Of a stretch of DNA of 64,000 nt, positions 21,031-31,018 are shown one piece after another. The notes beneath the pieces were generated by a model. The model saw only the letters and a program-made list of their open reading frames with translations. It had not been told where the DNA came from and ran no database searches. The translations under genes and the position numbers were made by a program. The DNA is from a bacterium (GTDB taxonomy: Bacteria > Krumholzibacteriota > Krumholzibacteriia > LZORAL124-64-63): positions 96,001 to 160,000 of the forward strand of contig JANOEP010000009.1 in assembly GCA_031441465.1 (NCBI GenBank), in the 5' to 3' direction. Numbering within the stretch: position 1 is the first letter of the stretch; each line of letters begins with the position of its first letter.

Positions 21031-21648
21031 ATGAATTCTTGCAGAACGCTTCGACACCTGCAATTCGCGGCTGTCGCGATCCTGATCCTGCTGCCGGCCA
21101 CCTCGACTCTCGCCAGCGAACTGGCCGGCAACATCACCGCCGTGTACGTCGGCCAGCGCGGGATCGCCGATTGGTGCTACACGCTGGCCGTCAACTGGGA
21201 CAACGAGCCCAGCCGCGGCCTGAGCCACCTCAACCTGTCCCTGGGCGCGGGCACGATCTGCTCCGAGGCCGACATCGCGGCCGACGTCCTCTGGGACGTC
21301 ACCGCCGGCGTGGTGATCAACTCCACCTTCACCCGGGAAATCCCCTGTCAGGCCCACTACGAGGCCAACGGGGATCCCTCCCTGGACATCACCGAGCCCC
21401 TGCTGAAGTTCGAGCCGAGCCCCGGTTCGATCAGGGGGCCGGGTCCCGTCGGCTGGGGCCGGCTCGTGTTCTACTCCAACAAGCCGCCGGCGGCGATCAC
21501 CACGCCGAACACGTTCCTGAGCCAGAAGTTCGGCACCTACAGCAGCTTCGGCCAGGTGACGGGCGTGTTCCCGGCGTTGCCCTGCGATCCCGTCGGCGCG
21601 GAAGAGTCGGCCTGGGGCGAGGTGAAGGCGCTCTACGGCGCCCACTGA
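21031..21648 (+). CDS. Secreted hypothetical protein with C-terminal SAWGEVKALY motif
   Basis: Signal-peptide-like N-terminus, high-GC3 codon usage, ends PVGAEESAWGEVKALYGAH. Confidence 0.75.
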   Translation: MNSCRTLRHLQFAAVAILILLPATSTLASELAGNITAVYVGQRGIADWCYTLAVNWDNEPSRGLSHLNLSLGAGTICSEADIAADVLWDVTAGVVINSTFTREIPCQAHYEANGDPSLDITEPLLKFEPSPGSIRGPGPVGWGRLVFYSNKPPAAITTPNTFLSQKFGTYSSFGQVTGVFPALPCDPVGAEESAWGEVKALYGAH

Positions 21649-21667
21649 ACCAGCGGCCGCGGTGCGA

Positions 21668-22477
21668 TCAGGCGCGCCGGGCGAGCACCTCCAGCTGGTA
21701 GAGGAGGTCGCGCCCGGCGCGCGGCATTCCCAGGCGATCGACGCTGGCCAGCCGGTGCAGACCACTACGGGCGAGCAGCGCTTCCCACTGGCGGGGCGTG
21801 TAGGTTCGCAGGTCGTAGACGTGGTCCCGGTGTTCCTCGCCGCCGGATCGCTGCACCACCAGGTGGCTGATCACCCGCTCGAGGCGAGGGCCCGGACCTC
21901 CGGCGCCCGGCGGCAGGTAGTTCACGACCTGGGTCACGCGGATCCCGCCGCGCGCCGCCACCCACACGTCCTCGTCCGGCTCGTCGCCTTGCGGAAGCGT
22001 CAGGCTGATCCCCAGGACATAGACGCCACCGGGCCGCAGCAACCGGGCCATCCCGTTCAGGTGGGCCAGCGCCGCGCGATCCTCCGGCAAGTGGCGGAAG
22101 GAATTGTCGGGCAGGTAGGCGACGTCGGCCGTGCCCGGCGGCAGCAGGTTGCCGCAGTCCGCCATGTCGGCCACCATCACGTCGGCCAAACCGTCCAGGC
22201 CGCGGCGGTGCAAGCGGCGCCGAGCGTACCCCACCATCGCGGCGCTCTGGTCGAAACCGACCGACCGCCGCCCCCGAACCGCCCATTCCCGCAGGCAGCG
22301 GCCGGTGCCGCAGGCGGGTTCCAGCCACAGGCCCGGTCCGGGATCGCGAGCCACCCATTCCCTGGTAACTGATTCCAGTATATCAAGTTCACCGGCCGTG
22401 CCGGGGCTGGCCAGGACGTCGCAGACCACGGGATCGTCGTAGAAACCGCCGCCGATGTCAGGCTCACGCTTCACCAT
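21668..22477 (-). CDS. Class I SAM-dependent methyltransferase
   Basis: LEPACGTGR motif I, GFDQSAAM, ADMAD, LLRPGGVYVL. Confidence 0.85.
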   Translation of the reverse strand: MVKREPDIGGGFYDDPVVCDVLASPGTAGELDILESVTREWVARDPGPGLWLEPACGTGRCLREWAVRGRRSVGFDQSAAMVGYARRRLHRRGLDGLADVMVADMADCGNLLPPGTADVAYLPDNSFRHLPEDRAALAHLNGMARLLRPGGVYVLGISLTLPQGDEPDEDVWVAARGGIRVTQVVNYLPPGAGGPGPRLERVISHLVVQRSGGEEHRDHVYDLRTYTPRQWEALLARSGLHRLASVDRLGMPRAGRDLLYQLEVLARRA

Positions 22478-22505
22478 GGACCCACGCTGCCAGCGAACTG
22501 CCGAC

Positions 22506-22535
22506 TTGTCAAATGAACGTCGATTTGGATATACT
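22506..22535 (+). promoter_or_regulatory. sigma70-like promoter of Omp28-like gene 1
   Basis: TTGTCA, 18 nt, TATACT. Confidence 0.55.
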
Positions 22536-22625
22536 CAATCGCCGTAGGGTATTCGCGACGCCCAAGAGATGCCCACCCGTCTCCTGCCGCGCCGGAGCGC
22601 ATCCACATCCCGAGGGGGTCCCCTG

Positions 22626-24563
22626 ATGCAACTCGTTGTTCAACGTCTGCTGCTCGCGGTCTGTGTGCTGTTGCTGTTCGTGGCGCCGTTGGCCGCCAAG
22701 GACAACCCCTCCAACCCGGACCTGAGCCAGGGCAGGACGGCGCCGCCGGCTGCGGCGACCCGCGACGACAACGTCCTGGTGCAGGGCTTCGAGACCGCCA
22801 CCTTCCCGCCCACGGGCTGGGCCCGTCTCCACCTGAGCACCTCCTACGCCTGGGCGCGCAGCACCACCTGGCACAACACCGGCGTGGCCTGCGCCTGGGT
22901 GCGCTACGGCCCGTCCACCGTCACGCAGAACGAGTGGCTGGTGACGCCCGCCCTCGACTTCTCGACGCTGACCAGCCCGAAGCTGGAGTTCTACGAGGCC
23001 GCCCCCTACTGGAGCAGCTACGGCGAGCACCACTACATCATGGTCAGCACGACCAGTCAGACCACGCCGGGCGCGTTCGTCCCGCTGATCGACTGGACGC
23101 CGCTGAACCACTACATCGACGAGGGCGCGTTCGGCGCCGCGCCGACGATCGTGGACCTGTCGGCCTACGCGGGCCAGCCCGTCGTCTACGTCGCCATCCG
23201 CTACGTGGGCAGCGACGCCGACAACTGGTACGTGGACGACATCCGCCTCTTCGAGCCGCCGCTGCACGACGTCGCCGTCACCGCCGTCGCACCCGATCTG
23301 CAGCAATACGACGGCGCGGACACGCCGGCGCCCCAGGTGACGGTCACCAACATGGGCCGCAGCGTCGAGGACTTCGCGGTCACCCTCACGGTCACCGAGA
23401 ACGACCTGCCGCACGCCCAGGAGACCGTGAACGTCACGGGTCTGGGCGTGAACTCCGAGACCGAGGTCACGTTCGCGACGATCGGCCTCGCTCCCGGAAA
23501 CTACTACCGCCTGCAAGCCGAGATCGTGTCTCCGGACGACCTTGTCCCCGGCAACAACACGGGATTCGCCCTGAACGACACCTACACCGGCCCGCACACG
23601 CCCCTCGGCATGATGAACACCAACGCCGGCTGCACGCCCTGCGTCCAGGCGAACGCCGCCCTCGACGCCTACCTGCCCACGCAGGGCGACGACGTGGCCT
23701 GCATCCGCATCCACGTCTGGTGGCCCGGCGCGGACGGGATCTACGACGCCAACGTCACGCAGAGCGCGTTCCTGGCCAACGGGATCGGCGCCGACTACGC
23801 GCCGCACCTGTGGCTCGACGCCGTGGTCGACGCCGGTTCGAACGGCGCGGGCTACGAGGCCCTCTTCGAGGCGCGCAAGCCCTACCACAGCCCGCTGACC
23901 CTCGTGCAGGCCTGGAACGACGTCGCCCAGGAGCTGTCGGTGACGATCACCGTGGACGAACCGCTGCCGCCGGAAGCCGACCTGCGGTTGCGGGTGGCGA
24001 TCACCGAGGACGACGTCTTCTACGCCGGCACCAACGGCGAGACCCTCCACGACCAGGCGTTCCGCTACATGTACCCCAGCACCGACGGCCTGCCGGTGCC
24101 GACGGAACCCGGCACCTACCACTTCATCGTGGCCTGCCCGTTGGAACTGATCGATTGGAATTACGCCAATCTGCGCGCGACAGTCTACGTGCAGGACAAC
24201 GACAGTTGGAAGGTGCACAACGCGGCGACCGGCTTCCTGTCGGCGATGACCTACGAAGTGGGCGTCGAGGACAGCGCCGTCCCGGCGAGGCTGACCGCGG
24301 CGCCGGTGCGCCCCAACCCGTTCAACCCGTCCACGGCGATCGCGTTCTCGCTGCCGTCGGCGCAGCGGGTGCGGGTCACGGTGCACGACCTCGAGGGCAA
24401 GCTCGTCGCCACGCTGCTCGACGAGCCGCGCGCCGCGGGCCCCCACAACGTGGTCTGGGACGGCCGCGACGGCGCGGGCCGCACCTCGGCTTCCGGCACC
24501 TACGTGTTCCGGATCGAGGCCGGCGGGGAAACCGCGACGCGGCGGGCGATGCTGGTCAAGTGA
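22626..24563 (+). CDS. Secreted protein: cleaved-adhesin-like domain + Ig domain + Omp28-like CxxC domain + FlgD-Ig C-terminal domain (copy 1)
   Basis: Signal peptide; QGFE..FPPTGW..WLVTPALDFS..WYVDDI; TNAGCTPC; LRVAITED; PNPFNPST...WDGRD...SGTY. Confidence 0.82.
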   Translation: MQLVVQRLLLAVCVLLLFVAPLAAKDNPSNPDLSQGRTAPPAAATRDDNVLVQGFETATFPPTGWARLHLSTSYAWARSTTWHNTGVACAWVRYGPSTVTQNEWLVTPALDFSTLTSPKLEFYEAAPYWSSYGEHHYIMVSTTSQTTPGAFVPLIDWTPLNHYIDEGAFGAAPTIVDLSAYAGQPVVYVAIRYVGSDADNWYVDDIRLFEPPLHDVAVTAVAPDLQQYDGADTPAPQVTVTNMGRSVEDFAVTLTVTENDLPHAQETVNVTGLGVNSETEVTFATIGLAPGNYYRLQAEIVSPDDLVPGNNTGFALNDTYTGPHTPLGMMNTNAGCTPCVQANAALDAYLPTQGDDVACIRIHVWWPGADGIYDANVTQSAFLANGIGADYAPHLWLDAVVDAGSNGAGYEALFEARKPYHSPLTLVQAWNDVAQELSVTITVDEPLPPEADLRLRVAITEDDVFYAGTNGETLHDQAFRYMYPSTDGLPVPTEPGTYHFIVACPLELIDWNYANLRATVYVQDNDSWKVHNAATGFLSAMTYEVGVEDSAVPARLTAAPVRPNPFNPSTAIAFSLPSAQRVRVTVHDLEGKLVATLLDEPRAAGPHNVVWDGRDGAGRTSASGTYVFRIEAGGETATRRAMLVK

Positions 24564-24585
24564 CCTGCATCCTGCCAAACCAGCC

Positions 24586-24620
24586 AGGACCCGGGGCCCG
24601 CGCCTCGGGTCCTCGGCTTT
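24586..24620 (+). terminator. Intrinsic terminator
   Basis: AGGACCCGGGGC-CCGC-GCCTCGGGTCCT followed by CGGCTTTT. Confidence 0.65.
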
Positions 24621-24697
24621 TCGGGTGTTTCGCGGTAGTCAGTCATGAAATCGCGCTCGAACTCAGTGACAGGTCACGGCCGAACGGCAATTACCGA

Positions 24698-24727
24698 ATG
24701 TCAAACCGACGCCGGATCGGGTATCAT
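24698..24727 (+). promoter_or_regulatory. sigma70-like promoter of Omp28-like gene 2 (homologous to 22506-22535)
   Basis: ATGTCA, 18 nt, TATCAT. Confidence 0.45.
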
Positions 24728-24810
24728 CATTCATATCGAAGATCGATGGCCCCCCATGGCCGCCCGCTCCATTTCTGTGGTTACGATGCAGACACATCTC
24801 GGAGGGACTG

Positions 24811-26742
24811 ATGAATACCAGATCAACCCGCCTGATCCTGTCGGCCTGCGCGTTCCTGTTGCTCGCGGCTCCCCTGGCGGCCCGCGACGAGGTTCCGAAT
24901 CCTGAATGGCAACCGAGCAGGACAGAACCAGCGTCCAAGACCCGCGACGGCACCGTCATCGCACAGAGCTTCGAAAGCACGATCTTTCCACCCAAGGGCT
25001 GGACGCGCCGCCACTTGAGTACGTCCTACACATGGGCACGCAGCCTCAGCGCGCAACATGAGGGAGTTGCCAGCGCCTGGGTACGCTACGGGCCGCCTGC
25101 CATCATCCAAGACGAATGGCTCGTGTCGCCAGCTCTCGACTTCTCGACATTGACCCACCCGATGCTGGAATTTTACGAAGCCTCGCCCTACTGGAGGGAT
25201 TACGGCGAACACCATCACATCATGATCCGTTCGGCCAACCAGACCACGCCAGGCACGTACACCACACTACTGGACTGGACTCCGCTCAACCACGTGATCA
25301 ACGAGTTGGCATTCGGCGCCACGCCGACGGTCGTGAACCTGTCGGCCTATGCGGGCCACACGGCCGTCAGCATCGCCTTGCGGTATGTGGGCAGCGATGC
25401 CGACAACTGGTTCGTGGACGACATCCGCGTCTTCGAGCCGCCACTTCACGATGTATTGGTCACCTCCGTCACGCCTGACCGGCAACAGTTCGCCGGCACG
25501 GACACGCCGATGCCGCAGGTCCGCGTCAGCAATCACGGCCGCTGCGTCGAGGATTTTACGGTCACCCTCACGGTGACCAAGAACGATCTGCCCCACAGCC
25601 GGGAAACCGTCACCGTCGAGGGCCTTGCTCCGTACACCGACGCGATCGCCGACTTCACGGCACTCGAGCTCACACCCGGGAACTACTACCGCCTGGAAGC
25701 GGTGACCGAACTCGCGACGGACCTCGTCCCCAGCAACAACACCGGATCCGCCCTGGACGACACCTACACCGGGCCGCACACACCGCTGGGGCTGATGAAC
25801 ACCAACGCCGGCTGTGCTCCCTGCGTCCAGGCGAACCAGGCGCTCGACACCTACCTGCCGACGCAGGGCGACGACGTGGCCTGCATCCGCATCCATGTCT
25901 GGTGGCCCGGAGTCGATGGGATCTACAATGCCAACATCCCGCAAAGCGCGTTCCTGGCCAACGGGCTCGGCGCCGATTACGCGCCCCACATGTGGGTCGA
26001 CGCCGTCGTCGACGGCGGGTCGAACGGCGCGGGCTTCTCCAGCCTCTTCGAGGCGCGCAAGGCCTACCATAGTCCGCTGACCGTTGCGGAAACCTGGAAC
26101 AACGGCACCCGGGAGTTGTCGGTGACGGTCACGGTGGACGAGCCACTGCCGCCGGCGACCGACCTGCGCCTGCGCGTGGCGGTCACCGAGGACGATGTCT
26201 ACTACCTCGGCTCCAACGGTCAAGCCTACCACGACCAGGCCTTCCGCCGCCTGTACCCCTCCACCGAAGGCCTGCCCGTGCCGCCGGCGCCCGGCACCTA
26301 CCGCTTCGTGGTGCCGTGCCCGCTCGAGTCTTCGTGGAACTACGCCAAGCTGCGCGCCACGGCCTACGTGCAGGACAACGACTCCTGGGCGGTGCACAAC
26401 ACGACCACCAGTTTCCTGTCACAACGGGCCAACACCGTGAGCGCCGACAACATCACGGTTCCGGCGCGGCTGACCACAGAACCGGTGCGCCCCAACCCGT
26501 TCAATCCTTCCACCTCGATCTCGTTTTCGCTGCCCGCGGCGCAGCGGGTGCGAGTCACGGTGCACGACCTCGAAGGCAAGCTCGTCGCCACGCTGCTCGA
26601 CGAGCAGCGCGCGGCCGGTCCCCACAGCGCCGTATGGGACGGGCACGACGCTGCGGGCCGCGCCGCGGCCTCCGGCACCTACGTGTTCCGGATCGAGGCC
26701 GACGGGGTGACCGCGACGAGGCGGGCGATGCTGGTGAAATGA
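24811..26742 (+). CDS. Paralogue of 22626..24563 (Omp28-like, FlgD-Ig C-terminal domain; copy 2)
   Basis: Collinear with copy 1 with long identical blocks (DTYTGPHTPLG, YLPTQGDDVACIRIHVWWPG, TATRRAMLVK). Confidence 0.85.
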   Translation: MNTRSTRLILSACAFLLLAAPLAARDEVPNPEWQPSRTEPASKTRDGTVIAQSFESTIFPPKGWTRRHLSTSYTWARSLSAQHEGVASAWVRYGPPAIIQDEWLVSPALDFSTLTHPMLEFYEASPYWRDYGEHHHIMIRSANQTTPGTYTTLLDWTPLNHVINELAFGATPTVVNLSAYAGHTAVSIALRYVGSDADNWFVDDIRVFEPPLHDVLVTSVTPDRQQFAGTDTPMPQVRVSNHGRCVEDFTVTLTVTKNDLPHSRETVTVEGLAPYTDAIADFTALELTPGNYYRLEAVTELATDLVPSNNTGSALDDTYTGPHTPLGLMNTNAGCAPCVQANQALDTYLPTQGDDVACIRIHVWWPGVDGIYNANIPQSAFLANGLGADYAPHMWVDAVVDGGSNGAGFSSLFEARKAYHSPLTVAETWNNGTRELSVTVTVDEPLPPATDLRLRVAVTEDDVYYLGSNGQAYHDQAFRRLYPSTEGLPVPPAPGTYRFVVPCPLESSWNYAKLRATAYVQDNDSWAVHNTTTSFLSQRANTVSADNITVPARLTTEPVRPNPFNPSTSISFSLPAAQRVRVTVHDLEGKLVATLLDEQRAAGPHSAVWDGHDAAGRAAASGTYVFRIEADGVTATRRAMLVK

Positions 26743-26764
26743 CATCTGCCATCATCACCTGAAA

Positions 26765-26799
26765 GAGAGGACCCGGGGCGCGAGCTCCGGGTCCTTTTC
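26765..26799. terminator. Intrinsic terminator between convergent genes
   Basis: GAGAGGACCCGGGGC-GCGA-GCTCCGGGTCCTTTTC. Confidence 0.75.
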
Positions 26800-26831
26800 G
26801 TCGGATCTTTATGCGAGGAAACAGTCCCCGC

Positions 26832-27221
26832 CTACGCTCCCGATGACACAGGATCTTGAAAGGGCGCCGGCTCACCGTCATCGCCGAGGTTGACGTAGGT
26901 GACGTCGGCGCCGGTCACCTTCACGGCGCCGCCGTCGCGGCGCTCGGCTTCGACCTCGATGCGGATGGTGATGGACGTGCGGCCGGTCCGCTCGACTTCG
27001 GTGTAGAAGCTGACCAGGTCGCCGACCTGCACGGGGGCGTGGAAGACGACTTTTTCCATGGCGACGGTCACCACGCGACGGCAGCCGTGGCGGTGGGCGG
27101 CCACGGCGCCGGCCTGGTCGATGTGGCTGAGGATGACGCCGCCGAAGATCGTGCCGTGGGCGTTGGTGTCGCGCGGCATCATGAGCACGCGGATGGCGGG
27201 TTCGCGGCGGGTCGGGTTCAT
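26832..27221 (-). CDS. Acyl-CoA thioesterase (YciA-like hotdog fold)
   Basis: MPRDTNAHGTIFGGVILSHID, VVTVAM, GRTSITI. Confidence 0.92.
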   Translation of the reverse strand: MNPTRREPAIRVLMMPRDTNAHGTIFGGVILSHIDQAGAVAAHRHGCRRVVTVAMEKVVFHAPVQVGDLVSFYTEVERTGRTSITIRIEVEAERRDGGAVKVTGADVTYVNLGDDGEPAPFQDPVSSGA

Positions 27222-27261
27222 GCGCTTCCTTTCGGAACGCGGCGGCGCCGCCGCGGTGACG

Positions 27262-30200
27262 TCAGCCCTCGGCGCGGGGCGCCGGCTGGGGCTTACGGCG
27301 CTCGGCGTCGGCCGCTTCGATCATCAGGTCCACGGCGCGGTCGAGCTGCGGGTCGCGGCGGTGCAGGCGATCGGCCGGGGTCAGCGCGACCGGCACGTCC
27401 GGCACGCAGCCCGCCCCGTCGCGCTTGGCCTCCTGGGGGCGGCCGTTGCGCTCGAGGCGGCGCTCGTCGCCCCAGATCCACCAGCCGCGGAAGGGCAGGC
27501 GCACGAAGCCGCGGTAGCGGTTGTCGAAGGCGCCGGTGGAGATGACGTTGCCGCCGGTCTCGGCGCCGACCACCGGTCCGCGGCCGATGGTCTGCATCGC
27601 GTGGCTGAAGATCTCGGCGTTGGAGTAGCTGCCCTCGTTGCAGATCACGGCCACCGGCTTCGACCAGCGGGTGAAGGGCTGGCGCTCGGTCTGCGGGTAG
27701 CCGACCTCCCCGCCGCGGCTGATCGTGAACGCGTGCACCGGCTGCGTCAGGATCGTCAGCAGCAGGTCGGTGGTCCAGCCGCCGCCGTTGTCCCTCACGT
27801 CGATGACGAGCGCCTCCTTGCCGTCGGCGGCGGCGAACAGTTCCTGCTGGAAGCGCTCGACCTCGCCGAGGCCCATGCCCTGGATGTGCACGTAGCCGAC
27901 GCGGCCGCCGCTGCGCTGTTCGGCGCTGCCGCGCCGCTCGCGCTCGGTCGCGAGGTACTGCAGCTGGCGCTCGTCGGCCCACTTCTGGGGCACGACCTGG
28001 AATTCGAGCTGCTCGCGCCCGCGACGCGCCGCGAGCCACAGCGGGACGCCGGCGCCGTTCTCCAGCGCGGCCTCCAGGCTCGCGTCGCGGCCGACGGGGC
28101 GGCCGTCGACGGACAGCAGCAGATCGCCCGGCTGCAGGCGGGCGCGCTCGCGGTCGCAGGGGCCGTTGCGCAGGACGCGGGCCACCTTCAGACCCTCGCC
28201 GTCGTGGGCGGGATCGAACTCCAGGCCGAGGCAGCCGTCGTCGCCGTAGTTGCCGATCGGCTCCCAGCCGGGACGGTAGCCCATGTGGCTGGCGTTCAGC
28301 TCGCCGAGCATGAGGTTCATGACGTCGCCGAAGTCCGTGTCGTGGGCCACGCCCTGGACCCAGGCGGCGTACTTGCCGCGCAGGCGGGGCCAGTCCGCGC
28401 CGTGCATGCCGGGGTCGTAGAAGCGGTCGCGCAGGGTGCGCCAGGCTTCGTCCATGACACGCAGCCGCACGGCCGGACGGTCGATCGTCAGGCGCGCGGT
28501 GAAGCTCACGGTCTCGGTCTTGCCCCCCTCGGCCGGCGTCGTGGCCGGCTTGCCGCCCTTGAGGTAGGTGAAGGTCTTGCCCTTGGCGTCCAGGCGGAGG
28601 CGGCGGGGTTTCGCGTCGCCCTCGGTCACGGCCTGGCGGTCCTCGCCGAAGCGGTCCACCGACCAGAGGTCGCTCGCCTCGCCCCGTTGCGCCAGGAAGT
28701 AGACCCGGTCGCCGTGGGGCTCGGCGGCCACGGGCATCTCGCTGTCCGGCAGGTTCGTGAGGCGGCGGCCGCGCAGGTGGATGTCCTGGAAGTCGACGGC
28801 GACGACGACCGCGTCCTTGGCCTTTTCCTTTTCCTTGTCCTTGTCCTTGTCGCCGTCCTTCTCCTTGTCGGCGTCCTTCTTCTTGTCGTCGCGCGACTTC
28901 TGCTCGATCTCCCACTCCTCGCGCGTGCGCTCGTGGTCGGCGAGGGTGAGGTAGAGCATGTAGACGTCGTGGTCGCGGTCGCCGGGGTCGTGGGCGTGGC
29001 GCGTCGTGGACCAGAAGAGCTGGCGGCCGTCCGGCGACCAGACCGGGTTCTCGTCGTAGGCGGGATGGCGCGTGACGTTCACGGCCTCGCCCCCGTCGGC
29101 GGGCACGAGCCAGATGTCCGAGTTGTCGTCGCGATCGGCGCGCCCGATCGCGAGCCAGCGGCCGTCGGGCGACCAGGCGAAGGAGTCCAGGTTCCAGTGG
29201 CGGGCGAGCGTCCGGTCGCCGGACCCGTCGGCCTGCATGACGTGCAGGTCGCCGAGGCCGCGCACGTAGGCGATGCGGCGGCCGTCGGGCGACCAGGCGG
29301 CGCGGCCGCAGGGCACCTCGTCATCCTGGCCGGCGCCACCGGTCAGGCGCACCAGTTCCTGGCGGCGGGCCCGGCGCGGCAGCGGCTCGCCGGAATCGCC
29401 CGAGACCAGCAGGTAGACGGCGTCCTCGCCGTCGCGGTCGCTGACCAGCAGCAGGGTGTCGGCGCCGCCGGGCCGGAACGAGGGCGCCTGCTCGAGCGAC
29501 GGGCCGGGCACCGCCACGGCGGCGCGGCCGCCCTGCTGGCGGTTCAGCAGGACGATCTCGCCGGCGATCGTCAGCGCGAGTTCGTCGCCGTCGTCGGCGA
29601 CGGCGAGGTCGTCGGCGTCCGCGGTCTTCGACTCGACGACCACCCGGTTCTCGATCTGGTCGGCGGCCACGCCGATCGCGAGGCGGCGGGGCTCGCCGGC
29701 GCCGGGTTCGAACACGTAGAGGTCCGTGCCGCGCTCCAGGACCAGACGGCGGCCGGCCATGCCGAGCGAGGCGGCGCGCACGCCGTCCCCCTCGAAGAAG
29801 GTCAGCTGGCGCTTGTCGGCGCCGTCGGGCCCCATGGTCCAGACGTTGGCGGTCAGGGCCGCGTCCTGGTCCGACAGCCAATAGATCCGGCCGTCGGGGG
29901 CCGTCATGGGGTTGGAGTCGTAGCCGCGGTTGGCGGTCAGGGGCGCCGGATCGCCGCCGCGCGTCCAGGTATGCAGTTCCCGCTGGTAGGTGCCGCGGTA
30001 GCGCATGCGCCCGCCGCCGGTGCTGCCCTCGGCGTAGACGAAGGTGCGGCCGTCGGCGGTGGCGACCTCGTCGGCGAAGACGTCGACGAGTCGGACCGGC
30101 GTGCCGCCGGTCACCGGCACGGCGTGGATCTGGGGCGACATCGGGTAGTCGAACAGTCGCCGCGAGGTGAAGTAGACGGTGCGGCCGTCCGGCGAGAAGG

Positions 30201-30546
30201 CGCGCGGGATGTCGCCGGTGCCGGCGTAGGTGAGGCGGGTCGGCGGGCCGCCGTCCAGGGGCATGACGAACACGTCGTCGTCGCCGAACCGGTTGGAGGC
30301 GAAGGCCAGGCTGAGGCCGTCGGGCGCGAAGACGGGCGCCGTGTCGTAGGCCTGGTGGGCGGTCAGGCGGACCGCCTCGCCGCCCTGCGCCGAAACGCGC
30401 CACAGGTCGCCCTGGAAGCCGAAGACGACCGTGGCGCCGTCGGGGCTGAGCGCCGGGCTGCGCGGCATGAACACCTCGGCCGCGCGGGCGGTCGGGGCAG
30501 CGAGAACCAGCAGGACGGCCACCGCAGCCGCATACTTCGACGTCAT
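27262..30546 (-). CDS. Tricorn-like S41 peptidase (PD40 propellers, PDZ), exported
   Basis: Signal peptide MTSKYAAAVAVLLVLAAPTARA after GGAGG; SPDG repeats; GELNASHMG; IDVRDNGGG; NEGSYSNAEIF. Confidence 0.92.
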   Translation of the reverse strand: MTSKYAAAVAVLLVLAAPTARAAEVFMPRSPALSPDGATVVFGFQGDLWRVSAQGGEAVRLTAHQAYDTAPVFAPDGLSLAFASNRFGDDDVFVMPLDGGPPTRLTYAGTGDIPRAFSPDGRTVYFTSRRLFDYPMSPQIHAVPVTGGTPVRLVDVFADEVATADGRTFVYAEGSTGGGRMRYRGTYQRELHTWTRGGDPAPLTANRGYDSNPMTAPDGRIYWLSDQDAALTANVWTMGPDGADKRQLTFFEGDGVRAASLGMAGRRLVLERGTDLYVFEPGAGEPRRLAIGVAADQIENRVVVESKTADADDLAVADDGDELALTIAGEIVLLNRQQGGRAAVAVPGPSLEQAPSFRPGGADTLLLVSDRDGEDAVYLLVSGDSGEPLPRRARRQELVRLTGGAGQDDEVPCGRAAWSPDGRRIAYVRGLGDLHVMQADGSGDRTLARHWNLDSFAWSPDGRWLAIGRADRDDNSDIWLVPADGGEAVNVTRHPAYDENPVWSPDGRQLFWSTTRHAHDPGDRDHDVYMLYLTLADHERTREEWEIEQKSRDDKKKDADKEKDGDKDKDKEKEKAKDAVVVAVDFQDIHLRGRRLTNLPDSEMPVAAEPHGDRVYFLAQRGEASDLWSVDRFGEDRQAVTEGDAKPRRLRLDAKGKTFTYLKGGKPATTPAEGGKTETVSFTARLTIDRPAVRLRVMDEAWRTLRDRFYDPGMHGADWPRLRGKYAAWVQGVAHDTDFGDVMNLMLGELNASHMGYRPGWEPIGNYGDDGCLGLEFDPAHDGEGLKVARVLRNGPCDRERARLQPGDLLLSVDGRPVGRDASLEAALENGAGVPLWLAARRGREQLEFQVVPQKWADERQLQYLATERERRGSAEQRSGGRVGYVHIQGMGLGEVERFQQELFAAADGKEALVIDVRDNGGGWTTDLLLTILTQPVHAFTISRGGEVGYPQTERQPFTRWSKPVAVICNEGSYSNAEIFSHAMQTIGRGPVVGAETGGNVISTGAFDNRYRGFVRLPFRGWWIWGDERRLERNGRPQEAKRDGAGCVPDVPVALTPADRLHRRDPQLDRAVDLMIEAADAERRKPQPAPRAEG

Positions 30547-30677
30547 CGATCGCCTCCAGGAAGGGCGTGGGTTCGGCCGGAAACCGGGGCCGGCGGCGCC
30601 GGTTGCCGGGCATCGTAGCCGCGGTCCGCTCCGGAGGGCAACCTTCCGGTCGAGAAAGTTGTGGGCCGATCGCGTAA

Positions 30678-30704
30678 GACGCATGATGACAACGAGATGT
30701 TTCG
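30678..30704 (-). promoter_or_regulatory. Possible ECF-sigma promoter for tricorn gene 1
   Basis: Minus strand CGAAAC-N17-CGTC. Confidence 0.35.
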
Positions 30705-30727
30705 GCGGTAAATTTCCGGCCTCCATC

Positions 30728-30758
30728 TTGACATTTCCCTGGAACGCCGTCACATTAT
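30728..30758 (+). promoter_or_regulatory. Possible sigma70 promoter for the acidic ORF-speB operon
   Basis: TTGACA (30728-30733), 17 nt, CACATT(AT). Confidence 0.45.
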
Positions 30759-31018
30759 GGCCCTCGATTCGGCGACCCGGTCCCCCGGTGCCTGGTCGGC
30801 GCCGCCTCGCGCCATTGGCCGCGGCACCGATCCTGCATCGTGCAACGAGCGACGAGGAGTGGGCTTCGATGCCTCACCGTCACCGGCGCAGCCCCGGAGA
30901 TAGCGATCCCGAGGCCAAGCCTCCGATCAAGCGCAAGCGTCTCGGGACAGAGCGCCCGTCACGCGAGCCGGAAGTTCCGTTCTACAACCGACGCACCCCA
31001 CGCGATGGGAGGGACCCG

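Noticed and set aside
28815..28890. Pyrimidine-rich short repeats (TCCTTG)n
   Set aside because: Encodes the Lys/Asp/Glu linker commonly seen in tricorn proteases (a similar one lies at ~47940-48030); not an independent repeat element
27058..30618. 1186-aa plus-strand ORF
   Set aside because: Antisense shadow of the tricorn-like gene
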